64,000 nucleotides of DNA from Negaprion brevirostris (Eukaryota). The DNA lies in NCBI GenBank assembly GCA_030324005.1, contig JARDVH010000073.1:93460376-93524375 (forward strand), given 5' to 3'. How positions within the stretch are numbered: position 1 is the first letter of the stretch; every line of letters begins with the position of its first letter. The position numbers and the translations under genes were made by a program. A model generated the notes under the pieces. That model did no database searches. It was given only the letters and a program-made list of their open reading frames with translations, and was not told the DNA's origin. Positions 12,461 to 24,479 of this stretch are shown here, in pieces.

Positions 12461-13358
12461 CAAGTCTCAAGCATTGTGCATACAGACAGAGATATAGATA
12501 CGTTCAAATAGTGGGTGGGTTGGGGGGTGGAGGTCAGGGGGTTGGGGACCAGAAGATCCTGCTGGCAGGAAGAGTCAGAAAAACACCCCCACAGTTTTGA
12601 TGGCTATTGCCAAAACTATAATCAAACTAGATGAGCCAAACTGGCCTACTTTCCTCTTGTATAATTTTATGTAATTTAGACTTTTCTCTTAACAAAATGT
12701 TTGAAGCTCTGTTTCAAAAAGCTGAAAAGAGTGACAATGTGGGTGAAAACATTATTGAGCTACTAAAGCACAGTTAACTACTGTTCTAATTCTTGCTTCT
12801 TTCTATGTTAGCTGATCTAAATTGGAAAAACGACATGGACACTGCAATTAACCTTAGTGTTCTGTCTAAAGAGTCTGAAACAATGCCTGATGCACCACTA
12901 TCAGTACTCACTGTTCTGAATCCCAATGATACCAAGTGGAATAAAACATTCCATGCCCTTTGTTACACAGTTCTTTCAATCCATTTCAAACTTTCAACTC
13001 ATGTATTTAACATCATGTCCACTTTGCCTGCAGTTGAAATACGCAGGGTGTGAACTGCACAGGAAGGGGCATCACACACTGCTCCCTGATCAGTTGAATT
13101 TGTAAATCAATTTGCAAGGCACGAGATACACAGGGTTTTAAAAACATACAAGGAATGGTAATTGGAAAATTGGCCCCATATAATATCACTGCAATTCGGA
13201 ACACCAGGTTGCTGGCTACAAGAAATGAAGTGGATGTGCCATCCACCAGGAAATGGTGGAAACACTCAGCAGGTCAAGCAGTCTCTATGGAGAGAGGAAC
13301 AATTAGCATTTAGGTTGATGTGCTCTGTTCTGATGAAAGATCTTCCAGCTTAAACTGT

Positions 13359-13858
13359 GGGCAGGATTTTCAGTGTCCACGCTCACACCCATCCACCGCC
13401 CCCCCCAACCTCTCCCATCCCAAACGTTTTTTGCAGAGGCAGCCTGCCACTGGTTTCAGTTTTTCATAGAATCATAGAATATCTGCAGTACAGAAGGAGG
13501 CCATTCGGCCCATCGAGTCTGCAACGACTCTCCATCAGACTATCCCACCCAGGCCTTATGCCTGTAACCCTACATATTTATCCCACTAATCCCAGACACT
13601 AAGGGGCAATTTAGCATGACCAATCCACCTAACCTGCACATCTTTGCACTATGGGAGGAAACTGGAACACCCAGAAGAAATGCACGCAGACACGGGGAGA
13701 ATGTGCAAACTCTGCGCAGTCACCCGAGGCCAGAATTGAACCCGGGTCCCTGGTGCCGTGAGGCAGCAGTGCTAACCACTGTGCCACCATGCAGCAGGGG
13801 TTTGCTGCCAACAGGACAGGATGATCCTGCCAGCAAGAGCTTCTGGAAATTTTTGGCC
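13359..13858. mobile_element. MITE-like element interrupted by a SINE
   Basis: Starts GGGCAGGATTTTC; ends GGAAATTTTTGGCC; internal GATCCTGCC. Confidence 0.6.
13465..13796 (-). mobile_element. HE1-type V-SINE, full length, CR1-type tail
   Basis: CATAGAATCATAGAA tail, V-domain and GCTAACCACTGTGCCACC head, all in reverse orientation. Confidence 0.93.
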
Positions 13859-14174
13859 ATTAACTTTGACTTTCTTTTCACAGACACTGCTTGATCTACT
13901 GTTTATTTCCAGCATTGTCTGTTTGCAATTAATGTTTCCAACAATGGCAATATTTTGCTTTTGTACTGGTATAAAAAGTGTTGACTGAATGCAATTTAAG
14001 ATGAGCTGCCACTTCATACCAAACTGTCTCAGGTAAATCAGCGAGATGTTAATGAACAGCCATTAATGTTAACGCCTAAGCATTTGAATTAGCAGAGGCT
14101 CATTACATTAAACTGCTTTTAAATATTTTAAAATTCTAAATAGCAACTAAAAATTAATACTAAAATAAAGATAA

Positions 14175-14400
14175 AATACTGCAGTTGTTGGAATCTGAAA
14201 CAAAAACAGAAAAATGCTGGAAAATCTCAGCAGGTCTGACAGCATCTGAGGAGAGAGAACAGAGCTGTTGTTTCATGTCTGGATGACCTTCATCAGAGCC
14301 CTGACAAAGGGTCATCCAGACTTGAAAGGTTGGCTCTATCCTCTCTCCACAGATGCTTTCAGTCCTGCTGAGATTTTCCAGCATTTTTCTGATTTTGTAT
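14175..14400. mobile_element. Penelope-derived inverted-repeat element with hammerhead-like cores
   Basis: Arms of about 95 bp fold around 14298; minus strand CTGATGA-AGGTCATCCAGACAT-GAAA at 14271-14296. Confidence 0.8.
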
Positions 14401-14440
14401 CAATTTACTACTGTTTGATACAACGCTTTAAAAATATGTT

Positions 14441-14556
14441 GAGTAGGATTTTCCAGTCCAGCTCACTCTGAAAACAGAAAATCCCGCCCGAGGTCAATGG
14501 ACCCTTGCATGGTCTGGCCTCTGCCCGCTACAGTTCCCATGGTGAGCGGGATGGGA
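14441..14556. mobile_element. Short MITE-like element
   Basis: GAGTAGGATTTTCC...GAAAATCCCGCCC...GGAACATTGCCCC. Confidence 0.55.
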
Positions 14557-15814
14557 ACATTGCCCCCCCCCCCTTATATTGAGATTGAGGTCTCCAGGTC
14601 CTGGAGTTTGATTTGCCACAGAATTTTTAGTATTCTATATGGGGTTGGATTCAATTGTGTGGTCTCCTACAGTCACAAATTATTATCGGCTTCTTCAGTT
14701 AGGTCAGGTTCCACAGAGAGTGCCCACAGTGCCTCACCTCAGAATGATTCCATGCTTTCAAGAGAGGAAAAAATTGAAGAGGAAATAAAATGCCAGTACA
14801 GACCATTATCTTCCAAACAACAGTTGACTCTTGAGGCAGATAGAGTGTCATTATATAATGTAGTGCTGCATGTTAATATTTAGATCATAGAAATGCCATC
14901 ACCACACAGAAAACAAAAGTTAATAAAGTTATTTAAAGTCTTCAGTTCTCTTTCCCAGTGAAGGACATTAGTGTAGGGCACTGTCACATGCAGCAGTTGT
15001 TTATTATGTTGGCAATACACAAGTCATTTGGATTTTACAGAGAGCCATTGTGTTTTCAGCAGACACCAGTTTATTCCAGAGCAGCTTGCAGCTGGGTAAG
15101 AGAATAAAGAATTGTAGCAACAGTTATGTATGAACAGCAGACACAGGAGTCAGCTATTATAAAAGAAGGAACTATTTCGGAACCTCAGAAGTTTAACAAA
15201 CCAAAGCTTCTTCACTCTCATTGCATCTGCTTAAAACAAACGAAGTGAAAGTCCTATTTTAAAAAAACACATCAATGAATTCTAGATGCTCAAAATTATC
15301 TATCACACATCACATGGTGTTTATAACTAATGATGTGCAAGGCCCTTTCCCTTAAATTCATTGTTGTTTTGCTATTTCTTGAATGCTTAGAATAAAAATT
15401 CATCAATTCAGCTTCAAAACACCACGTGTCCCATTTTTCTCCTCTCTGCACTAATGTGAACCTGATCTATGAATCACTATTAATGCCACTTGTGCCCAGT
15501 TGCTATTGGGTCTGCTCAGCTGGCACATGACACGTCCCCAAGTGGAAGAAGGCCCTGGTTTAATCAAACCACAACAAAAATCTTGCAGAGTTAGGTAGTC
15601 ATGCCTATTCTAATTGCTGCAGAGCAGAATCATACAAGCTACATTCTTGGCCTTGTATTAAGTCCTAACCTAGTCTAATGGTTATGGTAATGGATTTCAG
15701 CAGGTGGTTCCGGTGAGTCCTACGTCTTGTACAATTGCTGTTAATAATTTGCAGCCCATGACACTACTCGTAGCTAGCACACAGGTAAAAGCACCTCAAT
15801 GGAATCACTGAATG

Positions 15815-17335
15815 CTTATAGTACAGACAGGAGGGAGATCAGGCTGTGATATCCATGCTGCCACTCTGCAAGAGCAAATCAGCTCGCTGCACTTGCCTGC
15901 CCTTTCCCTAAAACCCACCTGCAGATATTTTCTTCAGGTACTCATTCATTTTCCTATTGAGACCTACAGTGGAAAATGCCACGTTCCTAAGGAAGTTCAT
16001 TCTAGATCCTAACCACTCACTGCCTAAAGAAATATTTTCTCATGACATCTTTAACTTCTTTAGCCAATTACTTTAAATCTTTGTCTCTTTGTTTTTGGCC
16101 ATTCTGCCAAAGGAAACAGTTTATCTTTATCTATGTTGTGCAGACCCCTTAGAATACCTCCATCAAATCTCCTCTCAAACTTAGGAAAACACCAGATTTT
16201 CCAATACATCCTCTTAAATAAAGCCCCTGATCCCTATAGAACTATTTTTGGAAATCTTTCCTCCATACTATTTAAAGCCTTCCTACACTGCATTGCCCAG
16301 AACTGAACCCAATACTCCAGCTGAAACTAAACAAGTGTTTTATAAAGTTTCACTGCAGCTTCCTTGCTTTTACATTTTATGCCTTGATTTATGAAGCACA
16401 GGATTCCGTATGTCTTTTTAACCACTCTTTTAACCTGCCTTGCCACCTTCAATGAATTGTGCACATGTACTTGCAGGTCTCTGTCCCTGCACCTTCTTTG
16501 GAATTGCACCCTTTAGTTCATTTTTGCCTTTTCTTGTTCTTCCTCCCAAGCATATTCCTTCATATTTCTCTGCATTAAATTTAATCTGTCATGTCCATTC
16601 CACCAGCCTGTCCATGTTCACCCATTCTGTCTACCTGCCTTGAAGCTTATCACTGTGCACAATTCTTCCAAGGTTTGAATCATCCACAGATTCTGAAATC
16701 TAGACACCCAAATCTAGGTCATTCTTATAATATTAAGAAACATAGTGATCTTAGTGCTGACCCATGGAGAACCTCACTGCTTACATTTTCATAGAACCCC
16801 CACAGAGCAGAAGGAGGCCATTTGGCCCATTGATTCTGCACCGACCACAATACCACACAGGCCCTATTCCCATAACCCACATGTTTACCCTACTAACGCC
16901 CCTAACACTAGTCAAGTTAGCATGGCAAATCAACTTATCCCACAGATCTTTCGACAATGTGAGGAAACTGGAGCATCTGGAGGAAAGCCATGCAGGCATG
17001 GGGAGAATGTGCAAACTCCACATGGACAGTCAGCCAAGGCCAGAATTGAATCCAGGTTCCTGGTGCTGTGAGGCAGCAATCCTAACTACTGTACTATAGT
17101 ACCTTCCTACTGTCCAAAAAACAAACTATTTACCACTCTGTTTTCTGTCACACAGCTCATTTGATATTCATACCCCTGTCCCTTTTATTCCATGGGCCTC
17201 AACATTGCTGATAAGCCATGGCACTTTATAAGATGAATTTTGCAAGTCCATATCAGCTGCATTGTCTTCATCATCACTTTTCCAAGTAAATGTTAACTTT
17301 GCCCTGCATTGTCATTTCTAAAAGGTTTCCCACCA
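15815..17335 (-). mobile_element. Old CR1 LINE (RT to 3' end) interrupted by a SINE
   Basis: Minus-strand RDLQVHVHNSLKVARQVKRVVKKTYGILCFINQGIKCKSKE..KLYKTLV; continues after 17103. Confidence 0.85.
16790..17103 (-). mobile_element. HE1-type V-SINE, CR1-type tail
   Basis: AGAAGGAGGCCATTTGGCCC tail; GGGAGAATGTGCAAACTCCAC V-domain. Confidence 0.9.
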
Positions 17336-17687
17336 TAGAACCATAAAATCCCTACAATGCAGAAAGAGGCCATTTGGCCCTTCGAGATTGTACAGACTCT
17401 CTGAAAGACCATCCCTCACAGGCTCTCACCCTATCCCCATAATCATGTACATTTACTGTGGCTAATCCACCTAACTTACACATCTTTGGACACTAATGGG
17501 CAATTTAGCATGGCCAATCTATCTAACCTGCACATCTTTGGACTATGCAAGGACACAGGAACAGAAGCCTATGTAGGCATGGGGATAACGTGCAAACTCC
17601 AATCAGTCACCCAAGACCAGAACTGAACGTGGGTCCCTGGTGCTGTGAAGCAGCAATGCACTAACCACTGTGCCACCATGCTGCCCA
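17335..17687 (-). mobile_element. HE1-type V-SINE, CR1-type tail
   Basis: Complete head CTAACCACTGTGCCACCATGCTGCCC and CATAGAA tail. Confidence 0.9.
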
Positions 17688-18378
17688 CGTATGTTGCTTA
17701 TTGTTACATATAACTTGATTGTTCTTCTGATTGCATTCGTAAATATCATGAATTAGTACTGTACCCAGTACAAGGAAAATGGATTCATTCTGACCACCTT
17801 AGTGAATGGATCTACAACAAAGGATGCCACCTGTCTAGCTTTTGACCAGACAGTTCAGTCTTTTTAAATATCATGTGCAAAATTTTGTAAAATGAAAACC
17901 AGTTGCCAAAGGTCTTGTGACTAATAATTTTGACCAATTCTCATCAGCAGACTTGCAAATATTATCCCACTCTCAACCCGCTCATAACCATGGTTGCCAA
18001 TTCTGGTTGATTGAATATCTGAAGATTTGCTTAAATGATTTTCAATCACTTGATACTCCATCTTGTGCCACAGCTCATGTTGAAAAGCCCACATGCGTCA
18101 CTGCAACTTCCAAACTTTATTTTCTTCTGCAAAGGAAACTGTCTCAATGGGGTAAAGTGAAGCCGGAATGCATGGTTTATGTTGTGTTCCAGTCACAGCT
18201 TGGTTGGCCAGGAGGTTAGTTCTGTTCTAATTTACAGACACAAATAAGTTCCTCATTGTTTTTTAGACCCATTCCCTCATTCCTGAATCATTTGATATAC
18301 GACTGAGGCTGAAATGAAATGATCGATTTTGTTTTATCCCCTTCACTTTATTTCCCTTAAAGCTTCTCTCTGTCTGGA

Positions 18379-18672
18379 GCTGCCTCACAGCGCCAGGGGC
18401 CCAGGTTCAATTCTGGAGTGTGCACATTCTCCCTGTGTCTGTGTGGTTTCCTCCAGTTCTCTCCCACAGCCCAAAGATGTGCAGGTCAGGTGGATTGGTC
18501 ATGCTAAATAGGTGGATTGGTCATGCTTAGTGTCCAAAGATGTATGGATTATGGGAATTAGCAGGGTAAATTCATGGGGTTACAAGAAAGGGCCTGGGTG
18601 GGATCCTGTCGGAGAGACACTGCTGACTCAATGGACCGAATGGGCCTCCTTCTGCACTCTAGGGATTCTATG
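18379..18672 (+). mobile_element. HE1-type V-SINE, 5'-eroded, with an internal 22-bp tandem duplication
   Basis: GCTGCCTCACAGCGCCAGGG; AGGTGGATTGGTCATGCT twice; CR1-type tail. Confidence 0.88.
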
Positions 18673-18807
18673 ACCACCATGCAAGAAAAGATATCAATTA
18701 TCATTATTGCACTGACATTGAAAGGCAAACCTATTTTATATCCATTAACTCCTTTGATGATACGCACAAAAAGCTCAATGTTCTCTCAGAGTGTAAGGTA
18801 ATGCAAG

Positions 18808-19500
18808 AACAGAAAGATTTGCATTTATATAGCAGTTTTCATAGAGTCCTATAGTGCAGAAAGAGGCCAACTGGCCCCTCAAATCTGCACCAACCACAAT
18901 CCTCATTAACCCATGCATTTATACTAGCAAGTCCCCCTGACACTAAAGGGAAAATTTAGCATGGCCAATCCACCTAACCCACACATCTTTAGACTGTGGG
19001 AGGAAACCCATGCAGACACAGGGAGAATGTGCAATCTCCACACAGACAGTGACCCAAGTGGGGAATCGAATCGGGTCCCTGGCGCTGTGAGGCAGCAGTG
19101 CTAACCGCCGTGCTGCTGAGTTGCCCATAGTTTAGGACATGCCAAAGCACTCTAACGACTACAAGTTATGTTTGAAGTGTATTTATTGTTATAATGTTGG
19201 AAACAGATTAACCAATTTGCACACATCAAGCTCCCACAAGCAGCAAAGTAATATTGACCAGATAATCTGTCTTTTGTGATGTTGATTGAGGGATAAATAT
19301 TGGCCAGGAGACCAACTCTGGATAACTCTCCTGCTCTTCTCTGAAAAATGCCATTGGATCTTTTATATTCACCTGCGAGAGCAAATGGGGCCTTTGTTTA
19401 ATATCTTATCCAAAAAATTGCAACACCTTGGAACAGTTAGCCTTGATTTTTGTGCTCAAAACCTTGGACTCAAATGTGCTACTAACTGAACCACAGCTAA
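18808..19500 (-). mobile_element. DeuSINE (SacSINE1/AmnSINE1-like) split by an HE1 insertion
   Basis: GTTGATTGAGGGATAAATATTGGCCAGGA and AATTTGCACACA..AGCTCCCACAA; tail TTGCATTTATATAGC at about 18819-18833. Confidence 0.8.
18840..19127 (-). mobile_element. HE1-type V-SINE nested in the DeuSINE
   Basis: Head, V-domain and CR1-type tail in reverse orientation. Confidence 0.9.
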
Positions 19501-19674
19501 CAGCTAAAAGGTAGAAGACAATCGATATTTAGTCTCAGGCTTTATGTCAGTCTATGTCAATTTTATTCCATTCCTTTCAGGCATATCTACTGGTTATATC
19601 CAGGAATGAGTCACAATCTTAAACCCTTCTAATTTCCCACAGGTTCCCATGGCCATCGTATCTCACTAAAGCTT

Positions 19675-19982
19675 GTTATTTATTTATTAATTAGTATTAC
19701 AAGTAGACTTACATTAACACTACAATGAAGTTACTGTGAAAATCCCCTAGTCGCCACACTCCGGCACCTGTTCAGGTACGCTGAGGGAGAATTTAGCATG
19801 GCAAATCCACCACACCTGCATGTCTTTTGGACTGTGGAAGGAAACCCGGGCATCGGAGGAAACCCATGCTGACATGGGGAGAACATGCAGACTCCGCAGA
19901 CAGTGATCCACGACAGGAATCGAACCTGGATCCCTGGTGCTGTGAGGCTGCAGTGCTAACCACTGTACCATTGTGCTGCCCC
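19675..19982 (-). mobile_element. V-SINE with tail B
   Basis: ACAAGTAGACTTACATTAACACTACAATGAAGTTACTGTGAAAATCC tail; tRNA head. Confidence 0.92.
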
Positions 19983-19986
19983 ATAG

Positions 19987-20078
19987 TAAGAAGTCTCACA
20001 ACACCAGGTTAAAGTCCAACAGGTTTATTTGGTAGCAAAAGCCGCTAGCTTTCAGGCCTCTGACCCTTTATCAGGTGA
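19987..20078 (-). mobile_element. Penelope-like terminal repeat fragment
   Basis: GTAAGAAGTCTCACAACACCAGGTTAAAGTCCAACAGGTTTATTTGG, shared with 30935-31131 and 45378-45638; degenerate CTGATAA...GAAAGCTA on minus strand. Confidence 0.75.
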
Positions 20079-20269
20079 TTATGACTGCATCATGACTGCC
20101 CCACCGTACCATAACTTCACTGGAGCTGTGGTGTGCCCTATTTACAGCAGTAGTGAGGAAACCAGCCATGGAGAAATTTAGGCGGAACTCCTTTTGGCTT
20201 AGAACAGGATAGCCGACTATACCCAAGTCCTGCTCAGTGAACAGAGATTGAAGCTGGAATCACAAAAAT

Positions 20270-23260
20270 CTGGAGACAGTTATGACTGATTTGCCTTCTT
20301 TGCTAAAGGATAAGTTGATGTGTGCGGATGGTGGGAATAAATAAAACCTCAACAAAAAAGCAAGGCCCCTTTAAATTCTTTGAACAGTGAATTGTAAGTC
20401 TCTTTGAGTGAGTCCACCTGGTAAAGCCGAGGGATTTGTTTCCTGACGAGCTAGCACCTTTCATTTAACTGAAAATCACAGAAGACAAAGTATTGTTGCA
20501 AGAGGCAGTGACCTTTGGTGTCCTTGGAGTCTGCCGTGACCTTTCATCTCTGTTATCCCCAGTGGTCTGCTCTAACAGCTCTAAAACTCCATCCTGCTAG
20601 GCTGAATTCCAATTCCTCATAAAGCCCTTTCCTCTCAAAACAAAACCAATCTCTGCACCAAGGTGGGAGAGAAACACAAGTGCATTGTTCTGTGCAGATG
20701 GGAAGTGGGAGTTACCACAGCAACTGGCCTAATCCCCTCTTTTTGCCACCTTTTAGCCAGCCAATCAAGTACGCCACCTTTTAAATTATGTGCTTGAATA
20801 CCGGTGGCCTATCTGGATGCTTTAATTAGCTGTGATTTTTTTTTGTGTGTGTAACACATACAACGTGATGGGCTAATCGAAATTTGCAAAATAATGACGT
20901 ACCTCCACAAAATATTCCTCCTCCCGAGGCCCAGTCTAAGGAGAGAGAAAAAAACAATAATGAGACCATTATTAAGAGAGGGCATTAAAATGCTGGTCTA
21001 CCATTAAACACAGAACTTAATTGTTCTGGCCTTGTCCACACAATCAACAACCTATTGTTTAACAGTTGAAAAAATAAACGATTGGAGAATGGGTACCATA
21101 ATGATCAGTCTGTGCTGCCATACACGCACCATCCAGAACTGTCAACAGGGGCTATTACAGAATCTCTCGGCAGACAGTCACTTTTTGTCAGAAAAAAGGT
21201 AATTTAAACAGCAAAATGTCTGGGAGCTGCTAAAACAAGCCTTTGTTTGTTGTTTTATAATTGTTCAGAAACAGCTAATAGAGAAGAGGAAAGAAGAAAG
21301 ACAGGAGAAAAGAGGGATAGAGAGAGAGAGAGAGCAAGGGAGGTGGTAAGATATTTTTACGTTGTGATGTTATCAATGGGATATGCTTCATGTTCCCACC
21401 ATTGGTGACGCTCTTTAACATAGAGAACTGGAGCCACAGAGAACTGACAGCATCTGAGACCCAGGTATTCATGGCTTTTGTGATCTGTCACTGGATCTCT
21501 TCAGAGAACTAAATACACAAGCTAGACTCCCTCTCCTTTAGCAACGAGAATTGAAATTTCCATTAGGTCTTGACTGAAGGCAACAGGAAATACGTTAAAT
21601 GGGAAAGGGCAAAGATGTCACTGAGATCTGTTTGAGGACCATGCCCCAGGATCATTAATTACCAGATAAAACACCCAGAAAGAATCAGAAGTAAAGGGGT
21701 AGAGTGCGAGAGTGAGAGAAGGAGGGCTAAAAACACCAACAGTATTCAGTGGACCTCCCTTGCTGACATGAGTCCACAAAATGCTCCATTTATCTTCATC
21801 TAGTCAAGCAAAATTAATTAAGAATCTGACTGTTACATACTTTCCCTTTTTATTACATCAAATAATGTCAGATATCTTGAGGGGGGTGCGGGGGGGATCG
21901 GAATGAGAGAAGTAGAAAACCTCTCGCTGCCGAGATTTATTCCGCATCTACCTGAGAAACAGCTAACCTTTCTTAATTATTTTTACACCATATCTGAAGA
22001 CATGACAGCTATGACAAGGTTTGAATTTTCCCGTATTAGTAAGAAGTATATCCTCACGCTAATTGCCATTCTCCTCTGTATTTAGTTGCAAATATTAAAT
22101 GGTGAAAATTAAGCTTTTTCAATTTGAAAATCACTCAACTGCTTACCAGGAACACAATGCTCTGTTCTTAAAAAGCCCATGCACCCTCGCCCACCCACCA
22201 CCGCTCCCTCCCTCTCCATCTCCCGACAACCCTTATCCTTCCTCTCCTGAAGGTCAACGGTGCGATATAATTGCACGGGCCTCGTGAGCCACCAGGAGAT
22301 CCCTCAAATAGTCATTCTTTATAACACATGCCTACAAATGAGTGGAGGTCTGTTCTACATCGCACTCAAACTCAATCCTGTTCATGAACAGTCTCCGCTT
22401 GCATTTCCAGTATAGGTCAAAGGCTAGAGATGGGAATGTTAGCCAACATTTACTTTTTACTTCTGTCAGCTAATGACACAGAAAGTATTATTCCAGCACC
22501 TCCACTGTCCTCCTGCTGAGCTTGTCGTACTTACATCTTGCCACTGTGAAATTCAAATAGAATTTCTAGAAAATGTGTGCATTTATACCAACATTTATTG
22601 GTCCGTTCACCTGCGTTAAAGGTTATTCCTCACATTTCCTGCGTTCACTCAGCGTATTTGATAAATATGGTGTGATTAAAGGGACAAATGTTGCTGGCTA
22701 TCAATCCTATTTTCCTGGCTCCAGTTTGAAAGTGCATTTGGAAAATTTGAAAAGCTTAAAACCGACAATTCCTATTTGATCCCCACTGGGTGTTGCTCCT
22801 CAGATCAAAACTGCTCAACCTGCTTTACTGGTGGAATTTTTGTTTAAAGGTTACTTCAACTTCCTTGAAACGGCAGGAGCGAATTTCAAGACATGCAGCT
22901 GAAACAGGCTAACAAAGGGGAGACTGTCCCTTGACTATAATTACATTGTCTTGTCAGATGCTTCTCCCTCAATGCACAATTGCATGCAATTCTTTTGAAA
23001 GCATTTCCGAGTAATTTCTTTTAAAAAAATTCCTTATTTGTAACACCTCCTCCATTAAATAAACACAAAGCTCCTGAAATTCCAGCAAGGATTAAGGATG
23101 GGAAAGTTTGCAAGACAGAATTTAAGGCAGAATCCAGTTCTGTTGGGATTGCAGCCTGGTTTTATTTGCTTGCAAGAATGTGTGCTGGGATGGGGTGGGA
23201 TGGTGGTAGGATGCATGTGGAGCAGGGGTGGGGGAACAATATGGAGTGGGGGATGGGGAG
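20270..23260. promoter_or_regulatory. Repeat-free island, candidate cluster of conserved non-coding elements
   Basis: About 3 kb with no recognisable TE; TAATTA, ACAAT/ATTGTT and TGACCT motifs; conservation not testable here. Confidence 0.4.
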
Positions 23261-23929
23261 GGAGNNNNNNNNNNNNNNNNNNNNNNNNNNNNNNNNNNNN
23301 NNNNNNNNNNNNNNNNNNNNNNNNNNNNNNNNNNNNNNNNNNNNNNNNNNNNNNNNNNNNNNNNNNNNNNNNNNNNNNNNNNNNNNNNNNNNNNNNNNNN
23401 NNNNNNNNNNNNNNNNNNNNNNNNNNNNNNNNNNNNNNNNNNNNNNNNNNNNNNNNNNNNNNNNNNNNNNNNNNNNNNNNNNNNNNNNNNNNNNNNNNNN
23501 NNNNNNNNNNNNNNNNNNNNNNNNNNNNNNNNNNNNNNNNNNNNNNNNNNNNNNNNNNNNNNNNNNNNNNNNNNNNNNNNNNNNNNNNNNNNNNNNNNNN
23601 NNNNNNNNNNNNNNNNNNNNNNNNNNNNNNNNNNNNNNNNNNNNNNNNNNNNNNNNNNNNNNNNNNNNNNNNNNNNNNNNNNNNNNNNNNNNNNNNNNNN
23701 NNNNNNNNNNNNNNNNNNNNNNNNNNNNNNNNNNNNNNNNNNNNNNNNNNNNNNNNNNNNNNNNNNNNNNNNNNNNNNNNNNNNNNNNNNNNNNNNNNNN
23801 NNNNNNNNNNNNNNNNNNNNNNNNTTTCCAGTGCTATTGATGGTGAATGGAGTTTTGGCTGGAATGTCAAATTTTCCGTTCTCACACACAACATATCCTG
23901 CCACGGACAAGGCCGGAGAATCCCTCTCA

Positions 23930-24420
23930 ATAGTCACTGTTGCAATATAAGAAATACAATTTGCACACAGTAACGTTTTACAAACAGCAATTAAATAATG
24001 ACCACATAATGTGCATGAGTGGTTTTGAGTGGGGTAAACTCCCTTTTCTTCAAAATAGTATTGTAGGATGTTTTAAGTTTATTTATTAGGGCCATATTAA
24101 CGTGGTGAAGTTACTGTAAAAATCTCCTAGGCGCCACTCTCTGGTGCATGTTTGGGTACACTGTGGGAGAATTTAGTATGGCCAATGCACCTAACAAGCG
24201 CGTCTTTTGGACTGTGGGAGGAAACTGGAGCACCCAAAGGAAACCCACGCAGACACAGGGAGAATGTATAGACTCCGCACAGACAGTGATCCAAGGTGGG
24301 AATCAAACCCAGGTCCCTGGCACTGTGAGGCAGCAGTGCCAACTACTGTGCCACCATTTAAAAGAGTTCATTTAAGAGAGTGAAAACCTCAAGCCTAATG
24401 GCTCATCCAAAGGATGGACA
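23930..24420 (-). mobile_element. DeuSINE fragment split by a V-SINE
   Basis: GTCACTGTTGCAAT...AATTTGCACACAG...AAACAGCAA; resumes CTCATCCAAAGGATGG after 24356. Confidence 0.6.
24077..24356 (-). mobile_element. V-SINE with tail B
   Basis: TGAAGTTACTGTAAAAATC tail; GGGAGAAT..AGACTCCGCACAGACAGTGA. Confidence 0.9.
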
Positions 24421-24479
24421 GAATCTTTAAACTGAAGGATCCAAAGGAAAGTTTGGGAAACCCCAAGTTTTTCTCCCCT

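Larger units (their letters stand above)
13250..13930. mobile_element. Penelope-derived palindromic element split by nested insertions (arms 13250-13358 and 13859-13930)
   Basis: Left arm GGAAACACTCAGCAGGTCA...CTGATGAAAGATC; right arm TTAAC...CACAGACACTGC...TTTCCAGCATT; both match 14175-14400. Confidence 0.7.

Noticed and set aside
23055-23973. Long ORFs of 200-350 aa here and at 36513-37215 and 42366-43406, plus shorter ones at 5255-5817
   Set aside because: They are open only because they span N gaps; the real residues are CR1 sequence or non-coding
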